From: an uncultured Bacteroidia bacterium
Lineage (GTDB): Bacteria > Bacteroidota > Bacteroidia > Bacteroidales > CAJPTX01
Direction of reading: 5' to 3'
DNA length: 64,000 nt
NCBI GenBank assembly: GCA_965240855.1
Contig: CBDEMG010000036.1
Coordinates: forward strand, 15,917 to 79,916
Shown: positions 9,641-19,144 of the stretch, piece by piece
How positions within the stretch are numbered: position 1 is the stretch's first letter
How the letters are laid out: each line of letters starts with the position of its first letter
Translations under genes and position numbers: made by a program
Notes under the pieces: model-generated
What the model saw: only the letters and a program-made list of their open reading frames with translations
Databases searched by the model: none
What the model was told of the DNA's origin: nothing

Positions 9641-10732
9641 ATGTGTGAGCGGAGAGTTTTAGGTATAGATCCTGGTACACGCTATTTGGGATATGCGGTA
9701 GTTTACGGCACAGAAGTACTCAAGCCGCAGTTCGCTACTGCCGAAGTAGAGTCTTTGATAAAGATTACAGATCCCTATGCTAGACTTGCGCGTATTCATA
9801 CTCTTGTAGTTTCGTTGATCGAGGAGTTTCGTATTACGGAGCTTGCCATAGAAGCGCCTTTTTATGGAAAAAATCCTCAGAGTATGCTAAAGTTAGGGCG
9901 TGCTCAGGGGGTTGCTATAGCTGCGAGTTTGAGTAAAAATGTAAATGCAGTAGAATATTCGCCACGTAAGGTAAAGGAGGTGGTAACCTCTAGCGGTCAA
10001 GCTACGAAAGGTGATGTCGCCAGACGCTTGCGCTTATTGTTTCCAGACGCTCCTATTGATGCAATGAAAACCTTTGATGCCACGGATGCTCTTTCGATAG
10101 CTCTTTGTCACTACTATTTGTCCGATGCTGTAAGTTTGAAATGTCGAATAGCCTCGGTAGCTGAGAAGGAGAAGAAGAGTAAGGTAAAAAAATCCACTAC
10201 ACAGTCTTGGAGTAATTACCTTGCTGCAAATCCAGAGCGAGTAGTTGTTAGCACACATGATGTTGCCAAAAAAATTGTAGGAGGAGTAATGGCTGTAGTG
10301 CGTATTACTAAAGAATTCCATTTTGAGGCGGCACATTTTCTCCCCGGATATGATGGACTCTGTGCTAATTTACATGGTCATTCCTACAAACTTCTAGTTA
10401 CACTTCGTGGCGAGATATTGCAAGATACTAGGAGTCCTAAAAATGGAATGTTAGTAGATTTTAGCCAACTCAAACACCTAGTAGAGGAACGGGTTGTGCT
10501 GCCTTTGGATCATACTTTGATTATTCGTAGAGATACTTTACCCTGCCATACAGAACTTCGAGATAAATTCCGAATAATAGAACTTGAGGTACAACCCACA
10601 AGCGAGAATTTACTTTTGTGGATAGTTGCACAACTCCAGAACGAACTACCTAGTAGTGTTGAATTATATAAGGTCTCGCTCTACGAAACGGCTACTAGTT
10701 GCGCTGAATGGAATGCAGAGGACAATACCTAA
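9641..10732 (+). CDS. ruvC: single ORF encoding Holliday-junction resolvase RuvC (aa 1 to about 203) fused in frame to 6-carboxytetrahydropterin synthase QueD (aa 217-363)
   Basis: RuvC motifs: VLGIDPGTRYLGYAVV, ELAIEAPF, DATDALSIALCHY. QueD motifs: ITKEFHFEAAHFLPGYDGLCANLHGHSYKL...LYETATSCAEW. I read codon by codon across 10199-10291 and found no stop. An internal ATG at 10289 is preceded by AGGAGG. Confidence 0.8.
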   Translation: MCERRVLGIDPGTRYLGYAVVYGTEVLKPQFATAEVESLIKITDPYARLARIHTLVVSLIEEFRITELAIEAPFYGKNPQSMLKLGRAQGVAIAASLSKNVNAVEYSPRKVKEVVTSSGQATKGDVARRLRLLFPDAPIDAMKTFDATDALSIALCHYYLSDAVSLKCRIASVAEKEKKSKVKKSTTQSWSNYLAANPERVVVSTHDVAKKIVGGVMAVVRITKEFHFEAAHFLPGYDGLCANLHGHSYKLLVTLRGEILQDTRSPKNGMLVDFSQLKHLVEERVVLPLDHTLIIRRDTLPCHTELRDKFRIIELEVQPTSENLLLWIVAQLQNELPSSVELYKVSLYETATSCAEWNAEDNT

Positions 10733-10769
10733 TAGTTATATAGCAACCCGTCTTTATTTTTAGGGCGGA

Positions 10770-12530
10770 TCAGTTTCCCTTTGAAGCCTTCTCGTCCTCC
10801 TTCAGTACTTTTTTGTTGTAAACAGGACATCTACCATTTTTTAAGTCATAGTAAGGCTCGGGATGCACAACGTCGTCCCAATCTACAATTGTGCGTACAG
10901 TCCTTTCTTTGTAATATGGACTCAGAAAACTTTGGGTAGAATCAAGATCGCTAAAATTAGTGCGCGTTAGCTGAAGTAGTGTATGGAATGTTGAATTGCT
11001 ATGCGCTTTCAGATGTTTGTGGGCATTAAGCAATGAATCTGTAGATGGATATTGTGCTTTGTACTCGTCCGAGAGCCATATCAAGAAGGGAACATGTAGC
11101 TCGTAGTGAGGGAGATTTCTGTGTCCATGATAAATTTGATATAGTGGCGGATCAAATAAACTTTCACCATGGTCTGCTACATAGATTAGGAATGCAGGAC
11201 GGTGTTTTGCCTCTATAAACGATATCACGGAGTCAATAATCATATCAGTATTAACAATGGTATTGTCAAAGGAATTAAGATGGGTAATAGCTTGCCTCTG
11301 TTTAGTCGTTAAATCCTCAGAGTATTCATTAAAGAATGTTTCATTGTCAATTACTGGAGTAAAATGTTCGTATTGCTTTGTATAGCGCCCTGTATAGGCA
11401 TAATGCCCTCCCATGGTATGAAAATATAGCATACACCTATTTTTACTCTCGTCTATGAACGTTTTTACAGAAGGTAGCTGTAACTCATCTAGCACTTTAT
11501 CCGCTTCGTTGCTATATCTAAGACTTTTAAAATTGCAGGGTGCTTCTGCAAAACGTATCCAAACTTCGCTTATCGATTGCTGCGTAATCCAACCCTGATA
11601 GAATCCAGCTTTTTGTAGGATCTCTGTAATAAAGGGTAGATTATGCCAACCTTGGAAGTTAGAGGGAGTACTAGCAGACAAGAGCTGTGGAACAGAATAT
11701 AAAGTGAAATTAGCTCCAGTGAATACATCGTCGAAAAAGTAGAGATTCTTCCGATTCATTAATCTCGGATTTGTTGCACGTTCATATCCCGCAAGTTGCC
11801 AATTACAAGCTCGAGAAGTTTCGCCAATAATAAAAACTCCGAGTAGGTCTTCCGAACCGTTGTAGTTTATACCAGCATTGTCAAGCGATAGCTTGCGCTC
11901 TTTTTCAATTTTTTGAACTTTTTTCAGTTGACGTTTTAGTGCAAAAACACTCCGTGTAAAATCGAATGGATAGATACTATTGATCGTTCTTTTTAGAACT
12001 CGATGGTATCCTTTTAGTGTGAAATCATTGAAAAAAGAAAGATTATGGGTGAAGGCCGGGAATACAAAAAAGCCGATTAAAAGGCTTGGAAGCATAACCT
12101 TAAGACGAAGCTTGCGCGGTAGCCATAATTTGTTAGGAAAATAGCGGAATATGAAAAGGAAATACGCTGCAAAGAAGATGAATGATGCAATGATGAGTCC
12201 AATAAAATTTCCGACCTGTTCGGAAGCTTCTGCCATATCAGTATACCAGATCGATGCTAAGAACCCCACTGTTAATTGCTCGTGCATTGTACTCCAACAG
12301 GCAATTTCGATTGGATAAAAAAGTAGAAGGACTCCCCATAAAATAAGCCATGCACGAACAGGTAAAAACAGTGATGGAATCAGTACGAGGACGATAGCCA
12401 TACACATATACAGGCAGCCAGGATAGAAATCTTCGAATTGTAAAATCAAGAAAAAATTTGCTAGCACAAGTAGCAATATATATATCGAAAGTACTATCGT
12501 ATGCTTTTTTGTAAAGTTTGAAATGCTCAT
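10770..12530 (-). CDS. phosphoethanolamine transferase (EptA/sulfatase-like, LPS or lipid A modification)
   Basis: 586 aa. Five N-terminal TM helices followed by an alkaline-phosphatase-superfamily domain with GETSRACNWQLAGYERATNPRL, FHTMGGH and YVADHGESL. Confidence 0.75.
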   Translation of the reverse strand: MSISNFTKKHTIVLSIYILLLVLANFFLILQFEDFYPGCLYMCMAIVLVLIPSLFLPVRAWLILWGVLLLFYPIEIACWSTMHEQLTVGFLASIWYTDMAEASEQVGNFIGLIIASFIFFAAYFLFIFRYFPNKLWLPRKLRLKVMLPSLLIGFFVFPAFTHNLSFFNDFTLKGYHRVLKRTINSIYPFDFTRSVFALKRQLKKVQKIEKERKLSLDNAGINYNGSEDLLGVFIIGETSRACNWQLAGYERATNPRLMNRKNLYFFDDVFTGANFTLYSVPQLLSASTPSNFQGWHNLPFITEILQKAGFYQGWITQQSISEVWIRFAEAPCNFKSLRYSNEADKVLDELQLPSVKTFIDESKNRCMLYFHTMGGHYAYTGRYTKQYEHFTPVIDNETFFNEYSEDLTTKQRQAITHLNSFDNTIVNTDMIIDSVISFIEAKHRPAFLIYVADHGESLFDPPLYQIYHGHRNLPHYELHVPFLIWLSDEYKAQYPSTDSLLNAHKHLKAHSNSTFHTLLQLTRTNFSDLDSTQSFLSPYYKERTVRTIVDWDDVVHPEPYYDLKNGRCPVYNKKVLKEDEKASKGN

Positions 12531-12572
12531 ATAATTCCAGATTTATAAATAAAACAGGTAGATGTTGGAATA

Positions 12573-13577
12573 CTAACCAATAATTCCTTCCTTCAATAGA
12601 TCATGTATGTGGATCATTCCTACATACACATCTCCCTTATTAACGATTAATTGCGTTATCTTGTACTCCTCCATCAAATTAAAAGCATCAATTGCCAGTG
12701 CGTCGGCTTGAATAGTTTTTGGAGTACGTGTCATAATATCTAATGCCGATGTCGTTGTTAGGGAGGGCGTAGGAGACCGTTGAAGCATTCTACGCAAGTC
12801 GCCATCTGTTATTATTCCCTCTAACTCTCCAGTGTTAGAAAGTACAGCTGTTGCACCGAGGAGATTGTGCGAGATCTCAAGTATTACTTTTTGCAAAGTA
12901 TCGGTACACAGTACCTTAGGAACTGCATCTCGAGCGAGGAGATCCTCGACTCGTAAGTAGAGACGTTTCCCAAGAGCTCCTCCTGGATGATAACGAGCAA
13001 AATCGGCTGGTGAAAAACCGCGAGCCTTGAGTAAGCAGACTGCCAGTACATCGCCGAGTACTAGTTGTACAGTAGTACTAGAAGTCGGAGCTAAATTATT
13101 TGGACAGGCCTCGTGATCTATACTCGCGCGTAATATGTAATCGGCATGTTGCGCCAAAAAACTCTCAGTATTCGAAACCATGGCGATAAGAGGATTGCCG
13201 TTGATATGAATGAGAGGTACAAGGACTTTGATCTCCGCCGTTTCGCCGCTTTTAGAAAGACAGAGTACTACGTCTTCTTTCTGGATTATTCCGAGGTCGC
13301 CATGAATAGCATCTGCCGCGTGCATAAAAATTGCGGGCGTTCCAGTAGAATTGAACGTCGCAACAATTTTCTGAGCAATAATAGCACTCTTACCAATCCC
13401 TGTGCAGATCACTCGTCCCTTCATACGAAGTAGTAACTGCACTACTTCAACAAATGTCGAATCGAGACCTTCTATAAGAGAAGATATTGCCTGCGCCTCA
13501 GTTTCGACTGTCTTGCGAGCCAAAGCAAGAAGCTCGTCATTGTTCAGATAAGCTTCTTGCCAATCTGTTCTTGCCAT
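12573..13577 (-). CDS. kdsD: arabinose-5-phosphate isomerase (KpsF/GutQ family: SIS domain plus two CBS domains)
   Basis: The track ORF starts at a TTG (13622) directly abutting the lon stop. The first ATG, at 13577, gives MARTDWQEAYL.... SIS motif VICTGIGKSAIIAQKIVATFNSTGTPAIFMHAAD. The C-terminal CBS pair ends ...GMIHIHDLLKEGI. Confidence 0.85.
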   Translation of the reverse strand: MARTDWQEAYLNNDELLALARKTVETEAQAISSLIEGLDSTFVEVVQLLLRMKGRVICTGIGKSAIIAQKIVATFNSTGTPAIFMHAADAIHGDLGIIQKEDVVLCLSKSGETAEIKVLVPLIHINGNPLIAMVSNTESFLAQHADYILRASIDHEACPNNLAPTSSTTVQLVLGDVLAVCLLKARGFSPADFARYHPGGALGKRLYLRVEDLLARDAVPKVLCTDTLQKVILEISHNLLGATAVLSNTGELEGIITDGDLRRMLQRSPTPSLTTTSALDIMTRTPKTIQADALAIDAFNLMEEYKITQLIVNKGDVYVGMIHIHDLLKEGIIG

Positions 13578-13622
13578 GTAGAGTAGATCAATTTTGTTGC
13601 ACGTCTCTGTGTTGCTACGCAA

Positions 13623-16040
13623 CTAAAGTTCGAAGGTATTGGCAAGGAGCTCATCTACGTTGTCCAAATAGGTAAATGTCAGTCCTTCGAGATAATTCGC
13701 CTTGATGTCCTCCACATCTCGTCTATTGTCTTTGGGAAGCAGTATATGCGTTAAGCCTTCTCGTTTTGCAGCTAGGATCTTTTCCTTTATACCGCCTACA
13801 GGGAGTATTTTCCCTCGGAGAGTAACTTCTCCCGTCATAGCGATTCCTGCTTTAGGTGCAATTTGTAAAAAAGAGGATGTTATTGCTGTCACCAGTGTTA
13901 CTCCTGCCGAAGGTCCATCTTTTGGGGTTGCTCCTTCGGGGAAGTGTACATGCATATCCTGTGAATCGAATTGTTCGGGTTTGAGTCCTAGTTTCTTACT
14001 CTTTTGTTTAACAATTTGGTATGCAATAGTCACAGACTCTTTTATCACATCGCCCAGACTACCGGTCATAGTCAGATTTCCTTTACCAGGCATGAGACTC
14101 GATTCTACATACAGAATCTCTCCTCCTACGGGAGTCCATGCCATCCCGACAGCTACACCTATTTGGTGTAGATTAGCCGTTTTTTCACGATAAACGCGTG
14201 GCTTACCCAACCGTTTTAAGATATCTTCCGCAGTCAAGGTATTATTGAATTGCTCTTTCATACCGATGTACTTTGCCTGTTGGCGTACGAGCTTAGCTAT
14301 TTGTTGTGTAAGTTTCCGAACGCCACTCTCTGCAGTATATTCAGAAATAATCTTTTCGAGCACTGCATCAGATAGAGCAAACTGGCTCTTTTTAAGTCCG
14401 TGTTCTTTAACAACTTTAGGTATCAAAAATTGCTGAGCTATCGCGATCTTATCTTCCATCAAGTAGCCAGAGACTTCGATCATTTCCATTCTATCGCGTA
14501 GGGCAGGAGCAATGGTCGAAATATCGTTGGCCGTTGCTATGAAGAGTACGTGCGAAAGATCGTACCCGAGATCTAAATAGTTGTCGTGGAATGTTGAGTT
14601 TTGTTCCGGGTCGAGTACCTCTAACAATGCTGCTGCTGGATCGCCAGCATTGCTCGCCGTAAGCTTGTCTACTTCATCGAGTACCATTACAGGATTATCT
14701 GTACCTGCACGACGCATACCCGTGAGTATTTGTCCGGGGAGTGCTCCTACGTACGTACGTCGATGTCCTCGTATTTCGCTCTCATCGCTCATTCCACCCA
14801 ACGAGATCCGGACATATTTTCGCCCAAGAGCACGAGCAATTGATTTCCCTAAAGAAGTTTTTCCTACCCCAGGAGGCCCATATAAACATAGTATGGGCGA
14901 CTTCATATTTTTGGTCAGACGAAGTACTGCCAAGTACTCTAAGATTCGTTCTTTTACCTCTTCGAGCCCAAAATGATCTTCATCCAAAATTTTTTGTGCA
15001 CGCTTCAGATCATTGTTGTCTTTTGAATATTCGTTCCATGGGAGTGCGAGAAAAAATTGCAAATAGTTTAGTTGCATTGAGTAGTCGGCGACCATACTAA
15101 GCGATCGTCTCAAGCGCGCAACTTCGCGTTCGAAAACCGCAGCCACCTCAGCACTCCATTTCTTTTTTGCCCCCTCTGCAAGTAGACGGTCAGCGTCATG
15201 TTCTTCGTCATTACCCAACTCTTCGTCAATTGTGCGACGCTCCTGCTGTAGAAAGAAGTTTCGTTGCTGTTCTTCTAGATTCTTGCGCGTCTTGTTGTGT
15301 ATGTCTTTTTTCCACTTTTCGGTCTCGTTTTCCAATTCGACGAACTCAAGAAGCATCTGTGCACGCTCCAACAAAGTCGGGCAAGTGATGAGGTCATACT
15401 TCTTTGTAGTGGGAAGATTTAAGAACATAGAAAGGAAATTCACGATGGCCTCCGCTCCCCAGTTTTGCATCTTATAGAAGAAATTCTCTACCTCCTGTTG
15501 ATGCAGACGAAGTTCTTCGGAATATTTAAATACAGAATCTTTGAGCAAGGCTACATAGGCTTCTAGTTTCGGATTCGTACTTGAGAGATCCTTCTCGGGG
15601 ATCTCCTCGTACATCACTGTATAATAGGGGTCTGGATTGCGGAATTCAGTAATCTTAACACGCAACAAACCCTCGATCAATACAAAAAAAGTACCGTTCT
15701 CGCGATATTTGTGTACAATTTTTCCGAGTGTTCCGACCTCAAAAAGGTCGTCGGGATTGGGAAATTTCTCGTCGGGATCCTTCTGTCCTACAACAATTAT
15801 ATAGCTGTCATTTGTAGGTAAATCTTCGATTAAACGAAGCGTACGTTCCCTACCGACTGTAATAGGTGTAAGTGTGCGCGGGAAGAAAATATTGTTGCGC
15901 AACTCGATAAGTGGAAGTACTTCGGGGTGTACATCTTGTATTGTATGAGAGAAATCTGTAAGGATGTAAGGCATAAAGTGTTGTAGCTTCCTTACATCTT
16001 CGTTTTCAGCATCCAGACTTATATTTTTTTTCTCCGACAT
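13623..16040 (-). CDS. lon: ATP-dependent Lon protease (LonA)
   Basis: The track ORF extends to 16136. The conserved N-terminus starts at ATG 16040 (MSEKKNISL...). Walker A is GPPGVGKTSLGKSIA. The protease domain has PKDGPSAGVT (catalytic Ser) and KEKILAAKREG. Confidence 0.93.
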   Translation of the reverse strand: MSEKKNISLDAENEDVRKLQHFMPYILTDFSHTIQDVHPEVLPLIELRNNIFFPRTLTPITVGRERTLRLIEDLPTNDSYIIVVGQKDPDEKFPNPDDLFEVGTLGKIVHKYRENGTFFVLIEGLLRVKITEFRNPDPYYTVMYEEIPEKDLSSTNPKLEAYVALLKDSVFKYSEELRLHQQEVENFFYKMQNWGAEAIVNFLSMFLNLPTTKKYDLITCPTLLERAQMLLEFVELENETEKWKKDIHNKTRKNLEEQQRNFFLQQERRTIDEELGNDEEHDADRLLAEGAKKKWSAEVAAVFEREVARLRRSLSMVADYSMQLNYLQFFLALPWNEYSKDNNDLKRAQKILDEDHFGLEEVKERILEYLAVLRLTKNMKSPILCLYGPPGVGKTSLGKSIARALGRKYVRISLGGMSDESEIRGHRRTYVGALPGQILTGMRRAGTDNPVMVLDEVDKLTASNAGDPAAALLEVLDPEQNSTFHDNYLDLGYDLSHVLFIATANDISTIAPALRDRMEMIEVSGYLMEDKIAIAQQFLIPKVVKEHGLKKSQFALSDAVLEKIISEYTAESGVRKLTQQIAKLVRQQAKYIGMKEQFNNTLTAEDILKRLGKPRVYREKTANLHQIGVAVGMAWTPVGGEILYVESSLMPGKGNLTMTGSLGDVIKESVTIAYQIVKQKSKKLGLKPEQFDSQDMHVHFPEGATPKDGPSAGVTLVTAITSSFLQIAPKAGIAMTGEVTLRGKILPVGGIKEKILAAKREGLTHILLPKDNRRDVEDIKANYLEGLTFTYLDNVDELLANTFEL

Positions 16041-16074
16041 CGCTTTTCCTTTCCTTGTATGCAGGTAGGTAGTT

Positions 16075-17253
16075 TTACTGTTTTTTCTTGTTTTGTAAAA
16101 CCTCAAAATACAACTTATATGCCGCGTCCTCGGCATCCTTACTTAGCTCGCAACCGCGTCGTGCCATTACCATTCTTGCGGTTCGCAAAGCTTGTTCGAT
16201 ATTTTGGGTTTCAAAGCCTGCAGCGCCACCCCATGAAAAAGGGGGAATCCACGTACGTGGAAAACCACTCCCAAAGATATTACAAAATGCACCAATACTG
16301 GTTCCTGTGTTTAACATCGTATTAATCCCAGTCTTGGAATGATCGCCCATAAAGAGTCCACAGAATTGCAAACCAGTGGAGGTATAATGTCCCTCTACCT
16401 CCGACCAGATCTTTACTTGCTCGTAAGTGTTCTTCAAATTCGAACAGTTGGTATCTGCTCCTAAGTTGCACCACGAACCAATTACAGTGTTCCCAATAAA
16501 GCCATCGTGCGCTTTATTGCTGTATGACTGTATGGAGACATTCGATAGCTCGCCGCCTACCTTACACTCAGGTCCTACGGTAGTTGCTCCATATATTTTA
16601 GCCCCCATTTTTACTACAGAATACTCTCCTAAGGCAAACGTACCTCGTATGGCAGCCCCTTCCATAATCTCAGCTCCTCGACCTACGTATATGATTCCAC
16701 CGTGGGTATTTAGAGTACAGTCGATTGCCTGAGCTCCAGACTCCAAAAAGATGCGGTGGTTGCCATAAATCCGAACAGAGGGATCGAGTGGTGCACTCGT
16801 GCGTCCTGCAGTTATACGCTCAAAATCGACTTCGATTGCTGCTTGTGCTTGTTGAAAAATGTGCCAAGGACGTGTTACGATTCGTACATCGTCTCCTATG
16901 ACTAATTCTTGGTTTTTTAACGCTGTCAAATTGTCCCAATGCAAAGAAGTTTTTCCTTCGTTGTAAAAACGTGCTGCCAATGTGACATTACAACTAAGCC
17001 TTTTACCTCGTTCCAGTGTGGCTACTTGTTCCACCACGCGTGGCGTGGCTATCAAACCAGCGTATATAACAAGAATTTCTTCACCTTCGGCTATTATAGT
17101 GTTCTCTGAATATAATTCTACTGAATCTCCTATTGCCTTTGCCCACGACTCTTGCTGCGTTAGTATCCCGATACGTAGCTCGCCGATTGACTTGAAATAC
17201 GTTAGCGGTAATAGGTTGTTTCGCATACCCGCATCATGAAGAAATACTCGCAT
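16075..17253 (-). CDS. GlmU-family sugar nucleotidyltransferase/acyltransferase with left-handed beta-helix (alternative bacterial GlmU type)
   Basis: 392 aa. N-terminus MRVFLHDAGMRNNLLPLTYFKSIGELRIGILT. The C-terminal half has hexapeptide-repeat character (IGNTVIGSWCNLGADTNCSNL...). Confidence 0.6.
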   Translation of the reverse strand: MRVFLHDAGMRNNLLPLTYFKSIGELRIGILTQQESWAKAIGDSVELYSENTIIAEGEEILVIYAGLIATPRVVEQVATLERGKRLSCNVTLAARFYNEGKTSLHWDNLTALKNQELVIGDDVRIVTRPWHIFQQAQAAIEVDFERITAGRTSAPLDPSVRIYGNHRIFLESGAQAIDCTLNTHGGIIYVGRGAEIMEGAAIRGTFALGEYSVVKMGAKIYGATTVGPECKVGGELSNVSIQSYSNKAHDGFIGNTVIGSWCNLGADTNCSNLKNTYEQVKIWSEVEGHYTSTGLQFCGLFMGDHSKTGINTMLNTGTSIGAFCNIFGSGFPRTWIPPFSWGGAAGFETQNIEQALRTARMVMARRGCELSKDAEDAAYKLYFEVLQNKKKQ

Positions 17254-17383
17254 CTATACGTACAGGTTTTGCTTTTTTTTCTCTTTTTATACTAACCTAA
17301 TTTGAGGATATAGGGGGCTTCTAGAGAGCATCTGTCATCTTTCTGTAAGGTTAGTGAGGGGAGATAGTCAAAAAACTAGACAT

Positions 17384-17427
17384 AAAAAAAAGCTACTCGC
17401 GCAACGGGTATTTGCTATGCGAGTAGC
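17384..17427 (-). terminator. Rho-independent terminator after rpmE
   Basis: On the minus strand, GCTACTCGC (17427-17419) pairs with GCGAGTAGC (17400-17392) and is followed by a U8 tract (plus-strand A8 at 17384-17391). Confidence 0.8.
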
Positions 17428-17448
17428 CCTAAACGCTTAAACCCTGAT

Positions 17449-17709
17449 TTAATTCTTCTTTTCGTTTCGTTTACCATAACGATTCATAAACTTTTCAACA
17501 CGTCCTGCGGTGTCTACAAGTTTCATCTTACCTGTGTAGTAAGGATGCGAAGCACTCGAAATTTCCATCTTGAACAATGGGTAAACCACACCATCAATCT
17601 CGATGGTTTCTCGTGTATTAACTGTCGATTTCGTTAAAAAGATCTTGTCGTTAGACATATCTTTAAAAGCTACCAAACGGTAATTCTCGGGGTGTATCCC
17701 TTTTCTCAT
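17449..17709 (-). CDS. rpmE: 50S ribosomal protein L31, type B (no CxxC zinc motif)
   Basis: [29 protein letters not shown]...[25 protein letters not shown]. 86 aa, with no Cys pairs. Confidence 0.92.
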   Translation of the reverse strand: MRKGIHPENYRLVAFKDMSNDKIFLTKSTVNTRETIEIDGVVYPLFKMEISSASHPYYTGKMKLVDTAGRVEKFMNRYGKRNEKKN

Positions 17710-17758
17710 TTCCTTGTCTCCTAATTTTTACGGACATTCTATCGCCCGTATCTCTTCG

Positions 17759-17766
17759 CAAAGTTA
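17759..17766 (-). promoter_or_regulatory. candidate Bacteroidota sigma-A -7 element (TAACTTTG) for rpmE
   Basis: Plus-strand CAAAGTTA reads TAACTTTG on the minus strand and matches the TAnnTTTG consensus. It lies 50 nt upstream of the start codon. Confidence 0.4.
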
Positions 17767-17822
17767 CGTTATTATTTTTTATCTGTTGTAAATACGTTTG
17801 AGGTACACGACTATACTTGGTG

Positions 17823-18458
17823 CTAAACTTCTCGTGCGGGGAGGATCTCTTCAATCTCGCGCACATCACCTACCTCCGCAGGATCAATGAGTTTCATATT
17901 GGCTGCATAGATTGCCATAGCGGAAATAGAGCGAATTCCGAGTTTTGCACTTATATTTTTTCGATGGGAGGTTACAGTATGTACGCTTATAAAGAGTTCC
18001 TCGCCAATCTCTTTTGCTGTCTTACCTTGTACTAATCGTTGCAAAATCTCTATTTCGCGTTTCGATAATTGAGGTGGAGCAGTGCGTACGCGCTCTTGTA
18101 GAAAACTCACTAGTGTCGTACGAACCTCGTTGTGTGTCATCTGGGTATTGATTACAGTATCGAATTGTACTTGGAGTTGTCGTCGTAGATTTTGCATCTC
18201 GAGTCCTACAATCCCTACTTGAGGACGGTTTTTTCGTAGATTTGCAACCACTTGTGGAGTAAAATAGGCCTGAGCGGTATCTATTACGACGAGTTTGAGT
18301 GTCTTCGAATCCATATCGATGAGGTTACGTTCCCAGTACGAGTGTTCTATCACAATCAGATCCGGGTGTTCGCTCTGAAGGAGGTAGGCTAAAAAATGCG
18401 ATACAAAGATATGGGGTGTAAATATCACTGCATCGGCACGGTGCGTCAGTTGTTCCAT
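17823..18458 (-). CDS. LuxR/FixJ-type HTH transcriptional regulator with degenerate receiver-like N-terminal domain
   Basis: C-terminus LSKREIEILQRLVQGKTAKEIGEELFISVHTVTSHRKNISAKLGIRS (GerE/LuxR HTH). The N-terminal domain has a LKLVVIDT-type strand but lacks the acidic pair of true receivers. Start chosen at ATG 18458 (MEQLTHR...), which overlaps the upstream stop by 13 nt. The track start at 18533 lies deep inside the upstream gene. Confidence 0.7.
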   Translation of the reverse strand: MEQLTHRADAVIFTPHIFVSHFLAYLLQSEHPDLIVIEHSYWERNLIDMDSKTLKLVVIDTAQAYFTPQVVANLRKNRPQVGIVGLEMQNLRRQLQVQFDTVINTQMTHNEVRTTLVSFLQERVRTAPPQLSKREIEILQRLVQGKTAKEIGEELFISVHTVTSHRKNISAKLGIRSISAMAIYAANMKLIDPAEVGDVREIEEILPAREV

Positions 18459-19144
18459 TGCGTCTCCAGATGTTCCACAAGAGGTACGACTACTTTGTCC
18501 TCTAGCATTGTATGTATTGAAAGATCGGTACATAGCACCCCAAGAGAATAAAGCAGACGACGAGCTAAGCTTTTATCGCGCAAAGGAGGGAGATAGCAAA
18601 GGATGAGGTGTTGTAAATCTTCGAGTTTTGCTTGTATATCGGAGTGGCGATGTTTGTATTCGCGTACCCGAAATGTCCGGGGTGTACGTGTTTCAAAAAA
18701 TGAGCGAATGTAGGGGAATACCACATCGCGTTCGTAGTTAAAGTGTACGCACACTTCGCTCATATATTGGTCGAAGAATTTGCGCAAAAGATCGCGATTG
18801 GTATCTTCGGTATCAGGAAGAATTTTCCCGAGCATCGCCGCAATATTTGGGTTAGCCTCGTACATGTAGTATTCGTGTCCAGCCAACAAGTAGTTGATTA
18901 TATACGGCGTGTCCTCTATTTGGAAAGGCGATAGAACTTCTAATGGGTATCCTAGAGTGAGTTGCAATAAATTGATGAGCAGTTGTACGCGAAAACCACT
19001 TTCCTGTGCTAAATCGACCAGCTCTTTATCGCATACATGCAAGGGAAGACCTAGTCGTTCGAATACGAGCAACGAGGTTGGGTAGGTTAGTAATATAGTC
19101 TCGGCTCGCGTACTAGCCGTTAACAAGTTATTCGTTTTTTCCAT
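18446..19144 (-). CDS. hemerythrin-like / RIC-like metal-binding domain protein
   Basis: It carries spaced His/acidic motifs: HEYYMYE, HFNYERD, HRHSD and IHTMLED. The N-terminal segment (AETILLTYPTSLLVFERLGLPL) resembles ScdA_N. Start at ATG 19144 (MEKTNN...) or 19159. Both overlap the pyrC stop at 19128-19130. Confidence 0.5.
   Translation of the reverse strand: MEKTNNLLTASTRAETILLTYPTSLLVFERLGLPLHVCDKELVDLAQESGFRVQLLINLLQLTLGYPLEVLSPFQIEDTPYIINYLLAGHEYYMYEANPNIAAMLGKILPDTEDTNRDLLRKFFDQYMSEVCVHFNYERDVVFPYIRSFFETRTPRTFRVREYKHRHSDIQAKLEDLQHLILCYLPPLRDKSLARRLLYSLGVLCTDLSIHTMLEDKVVVPLVEHLETQWNN

Noticed and set aside
13702-15477. Multiple plus-strand ORFs of 60-160 aa antisense to lon. Similar shadow ORFs lie opposite proS, nrdD, parC, the TonB receptor, the SNF transporters and others in the track.
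   Set aside because: They lie wholly inside long ORFs with strong homology on the other strand. They have low-complexity Ser/Arg/Pro/Cys-rich translations and no motifs. These are typical antisense shadow frames.
16041-16136. N-terminal extensions of track ORFs: lon to 16136, kdsD to 13622, mdh from 32678, lpxH to 45431, the 3708 ORF, the 61697 ORF, the GT2 gene from 31785, and the LuxR gene to 18533.
   Set aside because: The extensions overlap the preceding gene or start at non-ATG codons, and they encode non-conserved Arg/Ser/Cys-rich peptides. The conserved family N-terminus begins at the internal ATG I used.
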